A DNA stretch of 64,000 bases from Clostridia bacterium (GCA_017937845.1 JAGBCV010000020.1:4945-68944), one strand, 5' to 3'. Shown: positions 1 to 9,100, counted from the stretch's first letter. Made by a program: numbers and translations. Notes: generated by a model not told the origin, from the letters alone.

Positions 1-18
1 TTCCAGAATATGCTTCAT
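1..18 (-). CDS. 5' end (MKHILE...) of an unidentified gene running off the left edge
   Basis: ATG at 16-18 (minus strand) with GGAGG (24-28, minus sense) 5 nt upstream. Only 6 codons are visible. Confidence 0.3.
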
Positions 19-31
19 ATTAACCTCCATT

Positions 32-61
32 CGCACCCGAAAGGGTGCGTTTTTATTTTTT
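32..61 (+). terminator. Hairpin plus T-run that reads as an intrinsic terminator only on the plus strand
   Basis: CGCACCC-GAAA-GGGTGCG followed by TTTTTATTTTTT. It lies in the leader of the leftward gene, and no plus-strand gene ends here, so its function is unclear. Confidence 0.35.
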
Positions 62-84
62 ATTATAACGCAAGTTCAACGAGA

Positions 85-190
85 GTAGGGCGGGATGCCC
101 ACATCCCGCCGAAAATGTTTGGGTTTCTATCTTTCTTTCGGCGACCACTTGGCAAGCCGCCCTACATGAATGTATAAGCACATCGAACTT
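85..190 (+). repeat. Intergenic repeat family RE-A, copy 1 (GTAGGGCGGGATGC..GCATCCCGCCGAAAA..TTCGGCG..GGCAAGCCGCCC..ATCGAACT)
   Basis: Aligns by eye at roughly three quarters identity with 5624-5710, in the same orientation. It has an internal hairpin GGCGGGATG/CATCCCGCC and an outer stem TAGGGCGG/CCGCCCTA. Confidence 0.75.
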
Positions 191-256
191 ATGTTATTAT
201 AGCACAGATTTTTCAAGACTGCTTAAAATGCACCCTAAGAGGTGCATCTTATGTTT

Positions 257-308
257 GGCTCCCTTGTGTAAAGGGAGCTGTCAATCGTAAGATTGACTGA
301 GGGATTGG
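257..308 (+). repeat. Mosaic hairpin repeat RE-C, module C1 (GGCTCCCTT-GTGTA-AAGGGAGC, GTCAATC-GTAA-GATTGAC, TGAGGGATTG)
   Basis: Two perfect hairpins followed by the TGAGGGA word. The same architecture is present at 29122-29165 and 61555-61603. Confidence 0.7.
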
Positions 309-311
309 CAT

Positions 312-349
312 ATAAAAGAAAATCGACAGGTCATAAAAAACCTGCCGAT
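312..349 (-). terminator. Intrinsic terminator of the MBOAT operon
   Basis: On the minus strand: ATCGGCAGGT-loop-ACCTGTCGAT (one mismatch) followed by TTTTCTTTT, beginning 7 nt after the stop at 356. Confidence 0.6.
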
Positions 350-355
350 TTTTCA

Positions 356-1810
356 TTATTCAGCCACAATAAACTCCGCATACGGACCCCAGAAGTAATT
401 CGTCTGATAAGCCGAAAGCGAATCCGCAGAAACGTAGAATTTAGCAGAGGAGGGAAGTCCTTCCATTGCCATACCCGAAAGGTTGTTGACCGTCGTGTCG
501 TTCGGGTCAAGCGCTTCCAAATGAATCTTCGTAAGGCTCGAAGCACCGCGGAACGTACCGTCGGGAATCTGACCGATATTCTTTGTGATCGTGAGTTCGC
601 GCAGAGCTTCCGCGCCTGCAAAGGTGTCCGCTTTGAACGAAACGACCTTTTTGCCGTCGTAAGCGACAGGCGTTGTCAGCGCTTCCTGCGCCTTGCCAAG
701 CTCGCTGAGTCCCGTGATATAAACGCCGAAATCGGTCATTTCATAGGTGAAATATACCTCATTTTCGTCATATTCATAAATTTCGGGTTCATCCGAGCCT
801 GTGGGTATCTCGGGCGGTTCGGGATAATCGATCGTGATATCCGCTTCCGTAAGTCCCACGAGAGGTGCCAGATCGATGGCAAGTTGTCTTGTGTGGACCG
901 TCGCGCCCGCGCTGTTGAGGTGGAAATTGCTGTCATAGAAATATCCCGAGGGATAGATCATATAGTTCGGATCGCCGAGAATCTCACAGTGGAAATTCTC
1001 GCGGAGATATGCCATGTATGTTTCCAAGGTTTCAAGCGAGATATCCGCAGGAAGTGCGCTTTCGTTCATCGGACAGAACGAGAGATAGACCTTCGCGCCC
1101 TTGCTTTCCGCATAGGAGATATAGTCATTGACGTAATCCACAAAATCCGCGGAGATCATTGCCGTATCAAAATCGATGACCATGCTTGCATCTACACCGC
1201 CGACCATCGTGTTATAATCCTTATCGCGGCGATAGCGGATGAAGCCGTGCTCGTCAAAGGAAGCGGCGTTGTAAATACCCTCGGGGTCAAGCTCGCCGTC
1301 CTGCATTGCATAACCGAGCTTGCTTGCGGCAAATTTCCAAAAGCCGCCGAGCATCGCGGGCATATCGTCGGAATCGATGTGAGAAAGGAGCGAGAAATCG
1401 CCGTCCACCGCCTGCCACATCGCCTCCGCGTTGAAGTAGAGCGACCATGTCTGCGCGTTCATTTCGGGCGCAATGACGATGATATCTCCCTCGCAGATGG
1501 CGTCCTTGGCATAATCGAGCATCGTTTTCGTGCCGAGCGTTGCGTAAAGACCGAAGTTGATAACGGGCTTTCCGAGCTGCTCGGAAAGAAGCTTTGTATC
1601 GACACCGAACGCAACGGAGCTGCCGCCGATGATGACGATCTTTTCGCCTTCCGCGGCATACAGGCGTTCTACCTTGTTGTCAAATTCACCGAGGAATGTT
1701 TTTTCAAATTGGTCGGGAATCGCAAATCCGAGCGCGCCCACGAATACGACGGGGAGAGCCGCGAGAAGCAAAACCGCCAAAAAACGCAAAAATGATTTTT
1801 TCATATTCAT
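356..1810 (-). CDS. Signal-anchored DltD/AlgJ-like (SGNH-fold) O-acyltransferase partner fused to C-terminal BspA-type leucine-rich repeats
   Basis: 484 aa. N-terminal hydrophobic anchor (FLRFLAVLLLAALPVVFV). The IVIIGGSSVAFG block and the FYDSNFHLNSAG block resemble the Ser and Asp-His blocks of DltD-type proteins. The C-terminus (TITKNIGQIPDGTFRGASSLTKIHL) is LRR_5-like. The gene lies 19 nt downstream of the MBOAT gene. Confidence 0.7.
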   Translation of the reverse strand: MNMKKSFLRFLAVLLLAALPVVFVGALGFAIPDQFEKTFLGEFDNKVERLYAAEGEKIVIIGGSSVAFGVDTKLLSEQLGKPVINFGLYATLGTKTMLDYAKDAICEGDIIVIAPEMNAQTWSLYFNAEAMWQAVDGDFSLLSHIDSDDMPAMLGGFWKFAASKLGYAMQDGELDPEGIYNAASFDEHGFIRYRRDKDYNTMVGGVDASMVIDFDTAMISADFVDYVNDYISYAESKGAKVYLSFCPMNESALPADISLETLETYMAYLRENFHCEILGDPNYMIYPSGYFYDSNFHLNSAGATVHTRQLAIDLAPLVGLTEADITIDYPEPPEIPTGSDEPEIYEYDENEVYFTYEMTDFGVYITGLSELGKAQEALTTPVAYDGKKVVSFKADTFAGAEALRELTITKNIGQIPDGTFRGASSLTKIHLEALDPNDTTVNNLSGMAMEGLPSSAKFYVSADSLSAYQTNYFWGPYAEFIVAE

Positions 1811-1829
1811 TTACCGTCCTTTCCTCGGG

Positions 1830-3281
1830 TCAAAATTGGAAGTAGATAAACGCAGACGCGCCACCCACGGAAAGAAGCAGACACCAAGCGACCGCCACGA
1901 TAAGCGCGGTAAGTCCTGCCGTATACTGACGGGAAAGCGTACCCGTTTCCGCAATGCTCTCATTCGCGCCGATGCGGTCAAGAATGGAAAGAATGACGAT
2001 GGAAAGTACCGTCACGAGAATCGCCACCAAGTTCAAATCGAGCGTTACGAGCGTATCGGCAAGCGAGCCCCACGGAGATACGAGCTTGGAGATGAGCACG
2101 CCGACGTCCGAAATGCTGTTTGCGCGGAAGAGTATCCACGAAATGCAGACGAGCACGAACGTCCAGAATCTCTGCCAAAGCGTGAAAAGCAGGGAATCCG
2201 TCTTGATATGGAGCTTTGCGTAAAGCTTTTCTCTCGGTTTTTTGGTGATAGCGCCCACGATCTGATAAATACCGTGAAGCGAACCCCAAAGCACGAACGT
2301 CCAGTTTGCGCCATGCCAAAGACCGCTGACGAAGAAGACGACGAAAAGATTGAAATAATGACGCGCCTTGGAGCAACGGTTGCCGCCGAGCGGGATATAG
2401 AGATAATCGCGGAACCAGCTCGAAAGGCTGATGTGCCAGCGCGCCCAAAATTCCTTGATGCTTCTTGCGCGGTAAGGTCTGTCGAAGTTTTGCATCAGAC
2501 GAATACCCATCACGCGCGCACAGCCGATGGCGATATCGGTATAACCCGAAAAGTCGCAGTAGATCTGAACGGAGAAAAGCACGGAGGCAATGACGATGCC
2601 CCAGCCCGTTGCTTCGCTCGCGTTGTTATAGACTACGTTTACGTATTCGGCGATGAGGTCGGCAACGACGATCTTTTTGAAGAAGCCGACTGCCATTTTT
2701 TGAAGACCTGCCCAAGCGTTTGCGGCTTCGAGCTTATGATCTTCTTTCAGCTGAGGGAGCAGATTTTCGGGTCGTTCGATAGGACCTGCCACAAGCTGGG
2801 GGAAGAACGAAACGAAAAGCGCATACCAACCGAAATGATGCTCCGCTTTGATGCTTCCTTTGTAAACGTCGATGACGTAAGAAAGCGTCTGGAAGGTATA
2901 GAACGAGATACCGACGGGCAAAATGAGATTCAGAACGAGGTCATCTGCCTGTCCGCCGAAGAGATTCCAAAGGGAGATGGCGGAATCCGCAAGAAAATTG
3001 AAATACTTAAAGAAGAAAAGCACACCGAGAGAGGTGACAAGCGTCGCCGTCAGCCAAAATCTTCTGACTGCCTTGCTTTCGCTTTTCTCCATGAGGATCG
3101 CACTGATATAGGAAACTGCCGTTGTGAAAAGAATGAGGAAGATGAGCGGCGGATTCCAGATCATATAGAAGAAATAGCTTGCGGCGAGAAGCCACATCCA
3201 TTTCGTTTTCTTGGGTAAAATAAAATAGAAAAGGAGAACGATGGGATAAAAGAGAAGAAATTCCGCGGAATTAAAGATCAT
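1830..3281 (-). CDS. MBOAT family membrane O-acyltransferase (AlgI/DltB/PatA-like)
   Basis: 483 aa and polytopic. It has the typical N-terminus MIFNSAEFLLFYPIVLLFY and the conserved WHISLSSWFRDYLYIPLGGNR histidine block. Confidence 0.9.
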   Translation of the reverse strand: MIFNSAEFLLFYPIVLLFYFILPKKTKWMWLLAASYFFYMIWNPPLIFLILFTTAVSYISAILMEKSESKAVRRFWLTATLVTSLGVLFFFKYFNFLADSAISLWNLFGGQADDLVLNLILPVGISFYTFQTLSYVIDVYKGSIKAEHHFGWYALFVSFFPQLVAGPIERPENLLPQLKEDHKLEAANAWAGLQKMAVGFFKKIVVADLIAEYVNVVYNNASEATGWGIVIASVLFSVQIYCDFSGYTDIAIGCARVMGIRLMQNFDRPYRARSIKEFWARWHISLSSWFRDYLYIPLGGNRCSKARHYFNLFVVFFVSGLWHGANWTFVLWGSLHGIYQIVGAITKKPREKLYAKLHIKTDSLLFTLWQRFWTFVLVCISWILFRANSISDVGVLISKLVSPWGSLADTLVTLDLNLVAILVTVLSIVILSILDRIGANESIAETGTLSRQYTAGLTALIVAVAWCLLLSVGGASAFIYFQF

Positions 3282-3562
3282 GCCTTACCCCTCCCCTCAA
3301 GAAAAACAAAGCCAAGACGAATGAGCAAATAGAGAAGCAAAAAGACGAGCATTTCCGAAAGTCCTGCACCGAGGGTCATGAAAAGGAACGCCGCCGCCGT
3401 CAGAAGTACGGCGTGAAGCGCGAGAAAGACCCATTTTGCGCGGAGGCGATGCTCCAAAAAGGTAAGGAGCACCGCCAATGCCAAGCCGATCAGCATCAAA
3501 AGAAGGACCTTCGGGAAATTTTCACCGCTTTCCGCTGTGAGAAAAAAGTCCCAAAATTTCAT
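3278..3562 (-). CDS. Small membrane protein of about 3 TM segments, function unknown
   Basis: 94 aa and strongly hydrophobic. It overlaps the MBOAT start by 4 nt, which suggests translational coupling. Its position is analogous to the small membrane partners of other MBOAT systems, but no motif was recognised. Confidence 0.6.
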   Translation of the reverse strand: MKFWDFFLTAESGENFPKVLLLMLIGLALAVLLTFLEHRLRAKWVFLALHAVLLTAAAFLFMTLGAGLSEMLVFLLLYLLIRLGFVFLEGRGKA

Positions 3563-3577
3563 ATGTAAGCCCTCACG

Positions 3578-5458
3578 TTACGATTTTCCAAGCGCTTTGA
3601 GGAGATCCTCTGCCACCTGCTCGGAGCGGAGCGTTGCGCCCTCGTCGGTCAGATGCCATGCGGAGTCGTAGAAATATCGATCCTCAAAGATCATATCCTG
3701 ATAATCCGAGATGACGACGATATCCATTTTCGAGGTTATCGATTCGAGAAGCGCCAAAATTGCGCCTTCTTCTGCCTTTTTCATACCGCTTTCCTGCATT
3801 GCCGCAAAGGAATAGAATACGTTGACACCCTTTGCCTGCATATTCTGTACGATTTCGGGGATTACGTTTTCGCCGCCGAAGCCGTAACGGAAGTTATAGG
3901 AATATACCTGTCCCTTGGAGTTGCGGTTGGACATATCGTCGCCGTATTTGCTCATGGAGCTGGGAGTTTTATCGAAGTCTCTGTATTTTCTGGAAGCGAG
4001 GCTCGATGCAAAGCTTGCGAACGAGGAGAAGAAGTTCTGATAATACTGTACGTTGATGTATTTTGTGAAATCGTAATTGGATTTTCTAAATTCCCAGAAG
4101 CGACTCGAGCACATGGGGTTGCCGAGGGTCGAGGTGCCGGGCTCGGGACACCAAAGCACGATATCGCCTTCCTTGACGAAATCTTCTACGATATCAAAAT
4201 ATACGATGGACGTGATGTTTGCGTTTTCACCGAAGTTGATGATTTCATATTCGCCGTTCAATGCTTCGTCAAGAACCGCGGAATTGTAGCCCATCAGAGA
4301 GCCGGAACCGCCGATGATGACGATCTTCTTTTTGTCCTTAGCCCAGATCAAACGGTCGATTTTTGCGGCAGAACCGCTGAACCAATCGTCGATGAGGGTT
4401 TTGGTGGTGTTGAGGCGTACGTTTGTGAATTTATCGCAACGCTCAAACGCCTTGTCGGAGATCTTCTGAATGGTATCGAAAAGAACGAGCGTTTCCAGCT
4501 CTGTGCATTTATAGAACGCATCTTCCTCGATCTCCTTAACGGTCGTCGGAACGACAACGCGCTTCACCGCCGTCATTTCAAAGGCTTCTGCGCCAAGCCC
4601 TACGACCTTTTTGCCACCGATCGTTTCGGGAACGACAACATCGACCGCCGTACCGTTATAGCCGACGATGTATACGTTCGAGCCTGCATTTCTGACCTCG
4701 AAATCCGTTTCGGGTGCGAAAGGCTCCCAAACACAGTAAAGCTCGATCTTGCCCTTGCTGCCCGTTATCTTAGAGCCGAGAGAAACGTCCTCGCCCGTGC
4801 CGTCCGCCTTGGTATTGTAGCCTGTCAAAAGATAACCGTCACGCTTGAAATAGCCCTGCTCGGGAAGCGTGTTGGGGTTCTGCTGGAAGACCGCGGAGAA
4901 GGTATCCGTGCCGTTGAAGCCCGCTTTTGCGATCTCGCCGCCGTTTGTGTTATAAACGATCTGCATACTGGTGTTGAGATAGAGCTTCTTTGCAATGGAG
5001 GAGGTTACCGTATAGGTAAGCTCTGTGGAATCCGACGGTTTGCCGTTTATGATGGCGTCGCCCTCCGACCAGCCGTCAAAGAGGTAGCCGTCGCGCAGTT
5101 TTACGGTGAAGGTTACGTTTTCGCGTGTGCCAACGCCCTTCTGCACTTCCCAGGTAACGTCAGCCGATGCCGCGTTATAAACCAAGGTAACGTATTTTCC
5201 GACCAAAACCGACTCCAGATCGTCAGGTGTTGTCTCGGGGATCGGGTCAACGGAGCCGCCTGCGGTCGTTTCGGTCGTGGAAATGTCCGAGGACTCCGTC
5301 GTCACGTTTCCGACGGTCGTACTCGTGGGAGTGGGCGCGACGGTCGTGGTCAAATTTGGGTCGATAACCGTACTGTCTTCAAAATCCGGTTTATCACACG
5401 CCGCCATCGTCAGACACATCGACGCCGCAAGCACGCCTGCAATGAGTTTCTTTTTCAT
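3578..5458 (-). CDS. Lipoprotein with Listeria-Bacteroides repeats, BspA-type LRRs and a C-terminal DltD-like O-acyltransferase domain
   Basis: 626 aa. Lipobox LTMAAC. Thr/Ser-rich linker. GYLFDGWSEGD and GYLLTGYNTKADGTG match Flg_new-type repeats. An LRR_5-like block is present (VVPTTVKEIEEDAFYKCTELETLVL). The C-terminal IVIIGGSGSLMG ... YFYDSAWHLTDEG is paralogous to 356-1810. Confidence 0.75.
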   Translation of the reverse strand: MKKKLIAGVLAASMCLTMAACDKPDFEDSTVIDPNLTTTVAPTPTSTTVGNVTTESSDISTTETTAGGSVDPIPETTPDDLESVLVGKYVTLVYNAASADVTWEVQKGVGTRENVTFTVKLRDGYLFDGWSEGDAIINGKPSDSTELTYTVTSSIAKKLYLNTSMQIVYNTNGGEIAKAGFNGTDTFSAVFQQNPNTLPEQGYFKRDGYLLTGYNTKADGTGEDVSLGSKITGSKGKIELYCVWEPFAPETDFEVRNAGSNVYIVGYNGTAVDVVVPETIGGKKVVGLGAEAFEMTAVKRVVVPTTVKEIEEDAFYKCTELETLVLFDTIQKISDKAFERCDKFTNVRLNTTKTLIDDWFSGSAAKIDRLIWAKDKKKIVIIGGSGSLMGYNSAVLDEALNGEYEIINFGENANITSIVYFDIVEDFVKEGDIVLWCPEPGTSTLGNPMCSSRFWEFRKSNYDFTKYINVQYYQNFFSSFASFASSLASRKYRDFDKTPSSMSKYGDDMSNRNSKGQVYSYNFRYGFGGENVIPEIVQNMQAKGVNVFYSFAAMQESGMKKAEEGAILALLESITSKMDIVVISDYQDMIFEDRYFYDSAWHLTDEGATLRSEQVAEDLLKALGKS

Positions 5459-5545
5459 ATCAAAAATTCTCCTTTCAGAATTTCAAAATCGTGTTTTATG
5501 GCAAAGTTGTCTAAAAAAATCCTCTCAAAAAGCATTACTATGTTC

Positions 5546-5574
5546 AGTTTACCATAAAACTGCGCTTCTGTCAA
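5546..5574 (-). promoter_or_regulatory. Candidate sigma-A promoter of the MBOAT operon
   Basis: Minus strand: TTGACA (5574-5569), 17-nt spacer, TGgTAAACT extended -10 (-10 hexamer at 5551-5546). It lies about 88 nt upstream of the lipoprotein ATG. Confidence 0.5.
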
Positions 5575-5623
5575 TATTTCCATCTTGTCAGGAAAAATCT
5601 TTTTCATGTGAGTTCGACAAAAG

Positions 5624-5710
5624 TAAGGCGGGATGCAAGCATCCCGCCGAAAAGGTTGGCTTCGTATTCTTCGGCGGCTTATAGGCAAGCCGCCCAACTT
5701 CTATCGAACT
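5624..5710 (+). repeat. Intergenic repeat family RE-A, copy 2
   Basis: GTAAGGCGGGATGCAAGCATCCCGCCGAAAAGGTTGG..TTCGGCGGCTTATAGGCAAGCCGCCC..ATCGAACT. Same orientation as copy 1. Hairpins GGCGGGATGC/GCATCCCGCC and GGCGGCTT/AAGCCGCC. Confidence 0.75.
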
Positions 5711-5719
5711 CTCGTGATG

Positions 5720-7207
5720 TTAAGACGTTTTCTTTTTTTCGATGACGAGCAGGTCCGCTTCGTTCTCCGTTTGTGAAACGGCAAAGGCAAGCGTGCCGTT
5801 TTCGTCGGCTTTTACGGTGAAGCTTGTTTTCTCGGGCTTTGCCTTTTCGATGAGATATGCCGTTTCCTCTTTCGTGGGAAGCTCCGTGAGCTTCATTTCG
5901 AGATAAGCGGTATACGCATCGCCCATTTTGTAACCGATCGTTTCGCGTGTAACGGTATATTCTGCGTTGGGTTCCAAGCCGTCCAAAGAAACCGCCGCGT
6001 CAGGCAGGACGGGAGAAACGAGATTTTGAGAGAAATGCTTGCGGTTGTCGGTCTTTTCGGGCGTTCCCTTGATGTTCCAGAAAAGCACCTGTACGCTCTC
6101 GTCGGATTTGCAAACGTAGGCGTTTTCGTCATCGCAGAGAAGCTCGGTGTCGCCAAGCCTGCTCAAAAAGCAGTACGCATAATAAGTCGGCTTCGGAATG
6201 GATTGCACGTTGAAAAGTCCGAAACCACCGTGAAAGGGCTTTGTGGGAGGGCCGTTTTCCTCGAAAATATCCGTATACGTCCAGTAGGAGAACATATCCG
6301 CATAGCCTTCGCTTCTCTTGACAGCGCGCAGCAGATAGGGGGCATTGTAATAATTATCGTGAATGAAATCTGTCGGCGAAAAGGAGCTTGACCATTCGGT
6401 GATGATGAGGGGAAGTCCGTGGTCGTGGCATATCTTGCCGTGATGACGGATCTCGTTTGAAACCTTATCGATGCTTGGCAAATAGACGATGGCGTTGCCC
6501 TCGGGGTCGAAATCGCCCTTGATGCCGTAGCTGTGGCTCGTAATGAAGTCGAGCGGGATATCGTTTTCCTTGCAATGCGTGATAAGCTCTTCGATCCATT
6601 TCATGCCTGCGGTGGCAGGACCGCCGACAACATACTCGGCGTTGACACGCTTGACCGCCTTTGCCGCCGTATCGTAAAGCGCAAAATAAGCGTTGATATT
6701 CTGATATTCCGTGAAAAATCCCTTGTGGTTCGGCTCGTTCCAAACCTCGAAATACCATGTTTTCACCTCGTCCTCACCGTAGCGATAGGTGAGATGGCGG
6801 ACGGTCTCCTCGATCAGCATTTCCCATTCGCGCATATCGCTCGGCATGGATTTGTTCATCTTCCACCAGAAAACGTAGGCTTTATCCTTTGCCATGATAT
6901 CGGGCATCAGACCGAGCTCCACGATGGGGCGGATGCCTGCTTCCAGCAGGGAATCGAAAAGCAAGTCAACGTATTGGAAGCAGAACGAAAGTGTTCCGTC
7001 CTCATTTCTGTGAACGATGTTCATTTCTTCGTGGAAAAGTCCGTGAAAGCGGATATAGCAGAACGGACATTCCGATTGCATTTTTTTCAGCTGTTGCATC
7101 GGAATGTAGCGCATGACCTCTCCTGCACGACCCGCGCCGATACACGCGCTGAAAAAGCGGTCGAGCTTACCTTTTGCTTGATTCAGATTTGCTTTGATGG
7201 TTCTCAT
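5720..7207 (-). CDS. Glycoside hydrolase family 39 (beta-xylosidase-like)
   Basis: WYFEVWNEPN (GH39 acid/base block) and IITEWSSS (nucleophile block). The start was moved to the ATG at 7207, which is preceded by AAAGGAGAA. No signal peptide. Confidence 0.8.
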   Translation of the reverse strand: MRTIKANLNQAKGKLDRFFSACIGAGRAGEVMRYIPMQQLKKMQSECPFCYIRFHGLFHEEMNIVHRNEDGTLSFCFQYVDLLFDSLLEAGIRPIVELGLMPDIMAKDKAYVFWWKMNKSMPSDMREWEMLIEETVRHLTYRYGEDEVKTWYFEVWNEPNHKGFFTEYQNINAYFALYDTAAKAVKRVNAEYVVGGPATAGMKWIEELITHCKENDIPLDFITSHSYGIKGDFDPEGNAIVYLPSIDKVSNEIRHHGKICHDHGLPLIITEWSSSFSPTDFIHDNYYNAPYLLRAVKRSEGYADMFSYWTYTDIFEENGPPTKPFHGGFGLFNVQSIPKPTYYAYCFLSRLGDTELLCDDENAYVCKSDESVQVLFWNIKGTPEKTDNRKHFSQNLVSPVLPDAAVSLDGLEPNAEYTVTRETIGYKMGDAYTAYLEMKLTELPTKEETAYLIEKAKPEKTSFTVKADENGTLAFAVSQTENEADLLVIEKKKTS

Positions 7208-7321
7208 GGTATTCTCCTTTTTGAATGGTCGATCATTTCGACCGAAACGCTGTTTTTGCAGGGATATTGTAGCATAGCCGCGATTCTGTGTCAAGATTTT
7301 TACGGGAAAAAACGTGCAGCT

Positions 7322-8143
7322 TTAAGCGATCGTTTTTTCGATCAGATCGATCATTTCGGCGACTGCGCCGTCCTTACAGTGGCAGACCTGATATTTGGCG
7401 ACGGCTTTGACGGCATCGACGGCGTTCGCGGGGCAAACGGCAACGTCTGCACCGCGGAGCATTTCGAGGTCGTTGTCATAATCGCCGATGCACCAGATAT
7501 CCGCACCGTGATAGCGCTCCTTCAGATAGGGGAATTGAAAATTTTTAGAAACGCCGAGGGGTTGGACCTCGAAAATATGCGCGTCGGACGTGGTAAAGGT
7601 GAAATACTCGGAAAATTCATCTTCTGCAATTTTGCGAATTTTCGCAAGCGTTTCGGGGTCGGAGATGCAAACGGCTTTGAAGATCTTTTCCTTGCCGAAA
7701 TCGGAGAGCGGACGCTTGATGGCGAGATGGGCAAGACGGAAATCGCGCAGACGCTCCAAAATGTATGTATCGTCATCTGCAACGAGAAAGCCTTCCGCAA
7801 AGCTTGCGCGGAAGCCCGCTTTTCCCATGAAATCGCGGCGGATACGCAACACAAACTCCATCAGCTTTTCGCCGTTTACGTATTGCGGATTCAAGATTTC
7901 GCCTTTTTCCACGTCGTAAAGATAACTGCCGTTGCAAAGGATGCAGGGCATATTGACGTATTCGCCGATGTTTTGCATAATGGCGAAGATATCCATGTGG
8001 TTTCTGCCTGTGGAAAGGGCAAAATGACCGCCGTTTTCGCAGAAATAGCGCAGTTTTTCAAAGTTTCTCGGGTGTATCTCGTTTTGAAAGAGAAGTGTGC
8101 CGTCGATATCGGAGGCGATCAGTACGTTTTCAAATTTTTTCAT
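7322..8143 (-). CDS. Cof-type HAD-IIB phosphatase
   Basis: 273 aa. N-terminal IASDIDGTLL motif I, and C-terminal GDYDNDLEML motif IV. Confidence 0.8.
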   Translation of the reverse strand: MKKFENVLIASDIDGTLLFQNEIHPRNFEKLRYFCENGGHFALSTGRNHMDIFAIMQNIGEYVNMPCILCNGSYLYDVEKGEILNPQYVNGEKLMEFVLRIRRDFMGKAGFRASFAEGFLVADDDTYILERLRDFRLAHLAIKRPLSDFGKEKIFKAVCISDPETLAKIRKIAEDEFSEYFTFTTSDAHIFEVQPLGVSKNFQFPYLKERYHGADIWCIGDYDNDLEMLRGADVAVCPANAVDAVKAVAKYQVCHCKDGAVAEMIDLIEKTIA

Positions 8144-8155
8144 AAGAGAACTCCT

Positions 8156-9100
8156 TTACATAGTCTTACGCAGAATATCGAGAATTTCGGTGAAATACGA
8201 GGGGAGCTCCGTGGTAAAGCGCATGGTTTCGCCCGTCCGCGGATGCGTGAGGATCAGCTCCTTTGCGTGCAGACATTGCCCCTCCGTGTATTTGGCGAAT
8301 TTCACGTTTTGCGGATGCTTTTCCGCGCCGTAAACGAGGTCGCCGAGGAGCGGATGATTCTTGTGAGAAAGATGCACGCGGATTTGATGCGTTCTGCCCG
8401 TTTCCAGCTCACAGCGCACGTAGGTCACGGCAGGAAAACGCTCCAAAACCTTGACGTGTGTGACGGCATTCTTGGCGTTTTTCTCGGTCACAGCCATCTT
8501 TTTGCGGTCAACGGGGTGTCGACCGATGGGAAGGTCGATGGTGATATCTTCGTCGATCTTGCCGAGCGCGATGGCGTGATAGATACGGGAGACCTTATGC
8601 TCCTTGATCTGCTCGGAAAGGGAAAGGTGCGCCGTATCGTTTTTGGCGACGACGAGAAGTCCGCTCGTATCCTTATCGATGCGATGTACGATACCGGGGC
8701 GGAGAACGCCTCCTATCCCCGAAAGTCTTTCTCCGCAGTGATAGAGGAGCGCGGAAACGAGCGTTCCCGTGTAATTGCCCGCCGCGGGATGCACGACCAT
8801 GCCCTTGGGCTTATTGACGACGATGATATCCTCATCTTCGTAGACGATATCGATGGGGATATTTTCGGGCTTTGCCTCGCAGGGCTCAGGCTCGGGCATG
8901 GTCAGCGTAAGCGTATCTCCGAGGCGCAATTTATAGTTTTTGTTTGCGGATTTTCCGTTGACAAGAACAAACCCGTCCGCAAGCAGCTTTTGCGCGTGCG
9001 AACGGGTCATTTCTTCTTCGGACTCCGAGAGGAAAACGTCGATACGGGAGCCGACGCTTTCTTCTGTGATTTCAAAGTGTTTCGTTGTGAGTTCCGACAT
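8156..9100 (-). CDS. rluD: RluA/RluD-family 23S rRNA pseudouridine synthase
   Basis: S4-like N-terminus and the HRIDKDTSGLLVVAKN catalytic block. The ORF-track start at 9154 is a TTG. The ATG at 9100 is preferred and overlaps the lspA 3' end. Confidence 0.85.
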   Translation of the reverse strand: MSELTTKHFEITEESVGSRIDVFLSESEEEMTRSHAQKLLADGFVLVNGKSANKNYKLRLGDTLTLTMPEPEPCEAKPENIPIDIVYEDEDIIVVNKPKGMVVHPAAGNYTGTLVSALLYHCGERLSGIGGVLRPGIVHRIDKDTSGLLVVAKNDTAHLSLSEQIKEHKVSRIYHAIALGKIDEDITIDLPIGRHPVDRKKMAVTEKNAKNAVTHVKVLERFPAVTYVRCELETGRTHQIRVHLSHKNHPLLGDLVYGAEKHPQNVKFAKYTEGQCLHAKELILTHPRTGETMRFTTELPSYFTEILDILRKTM

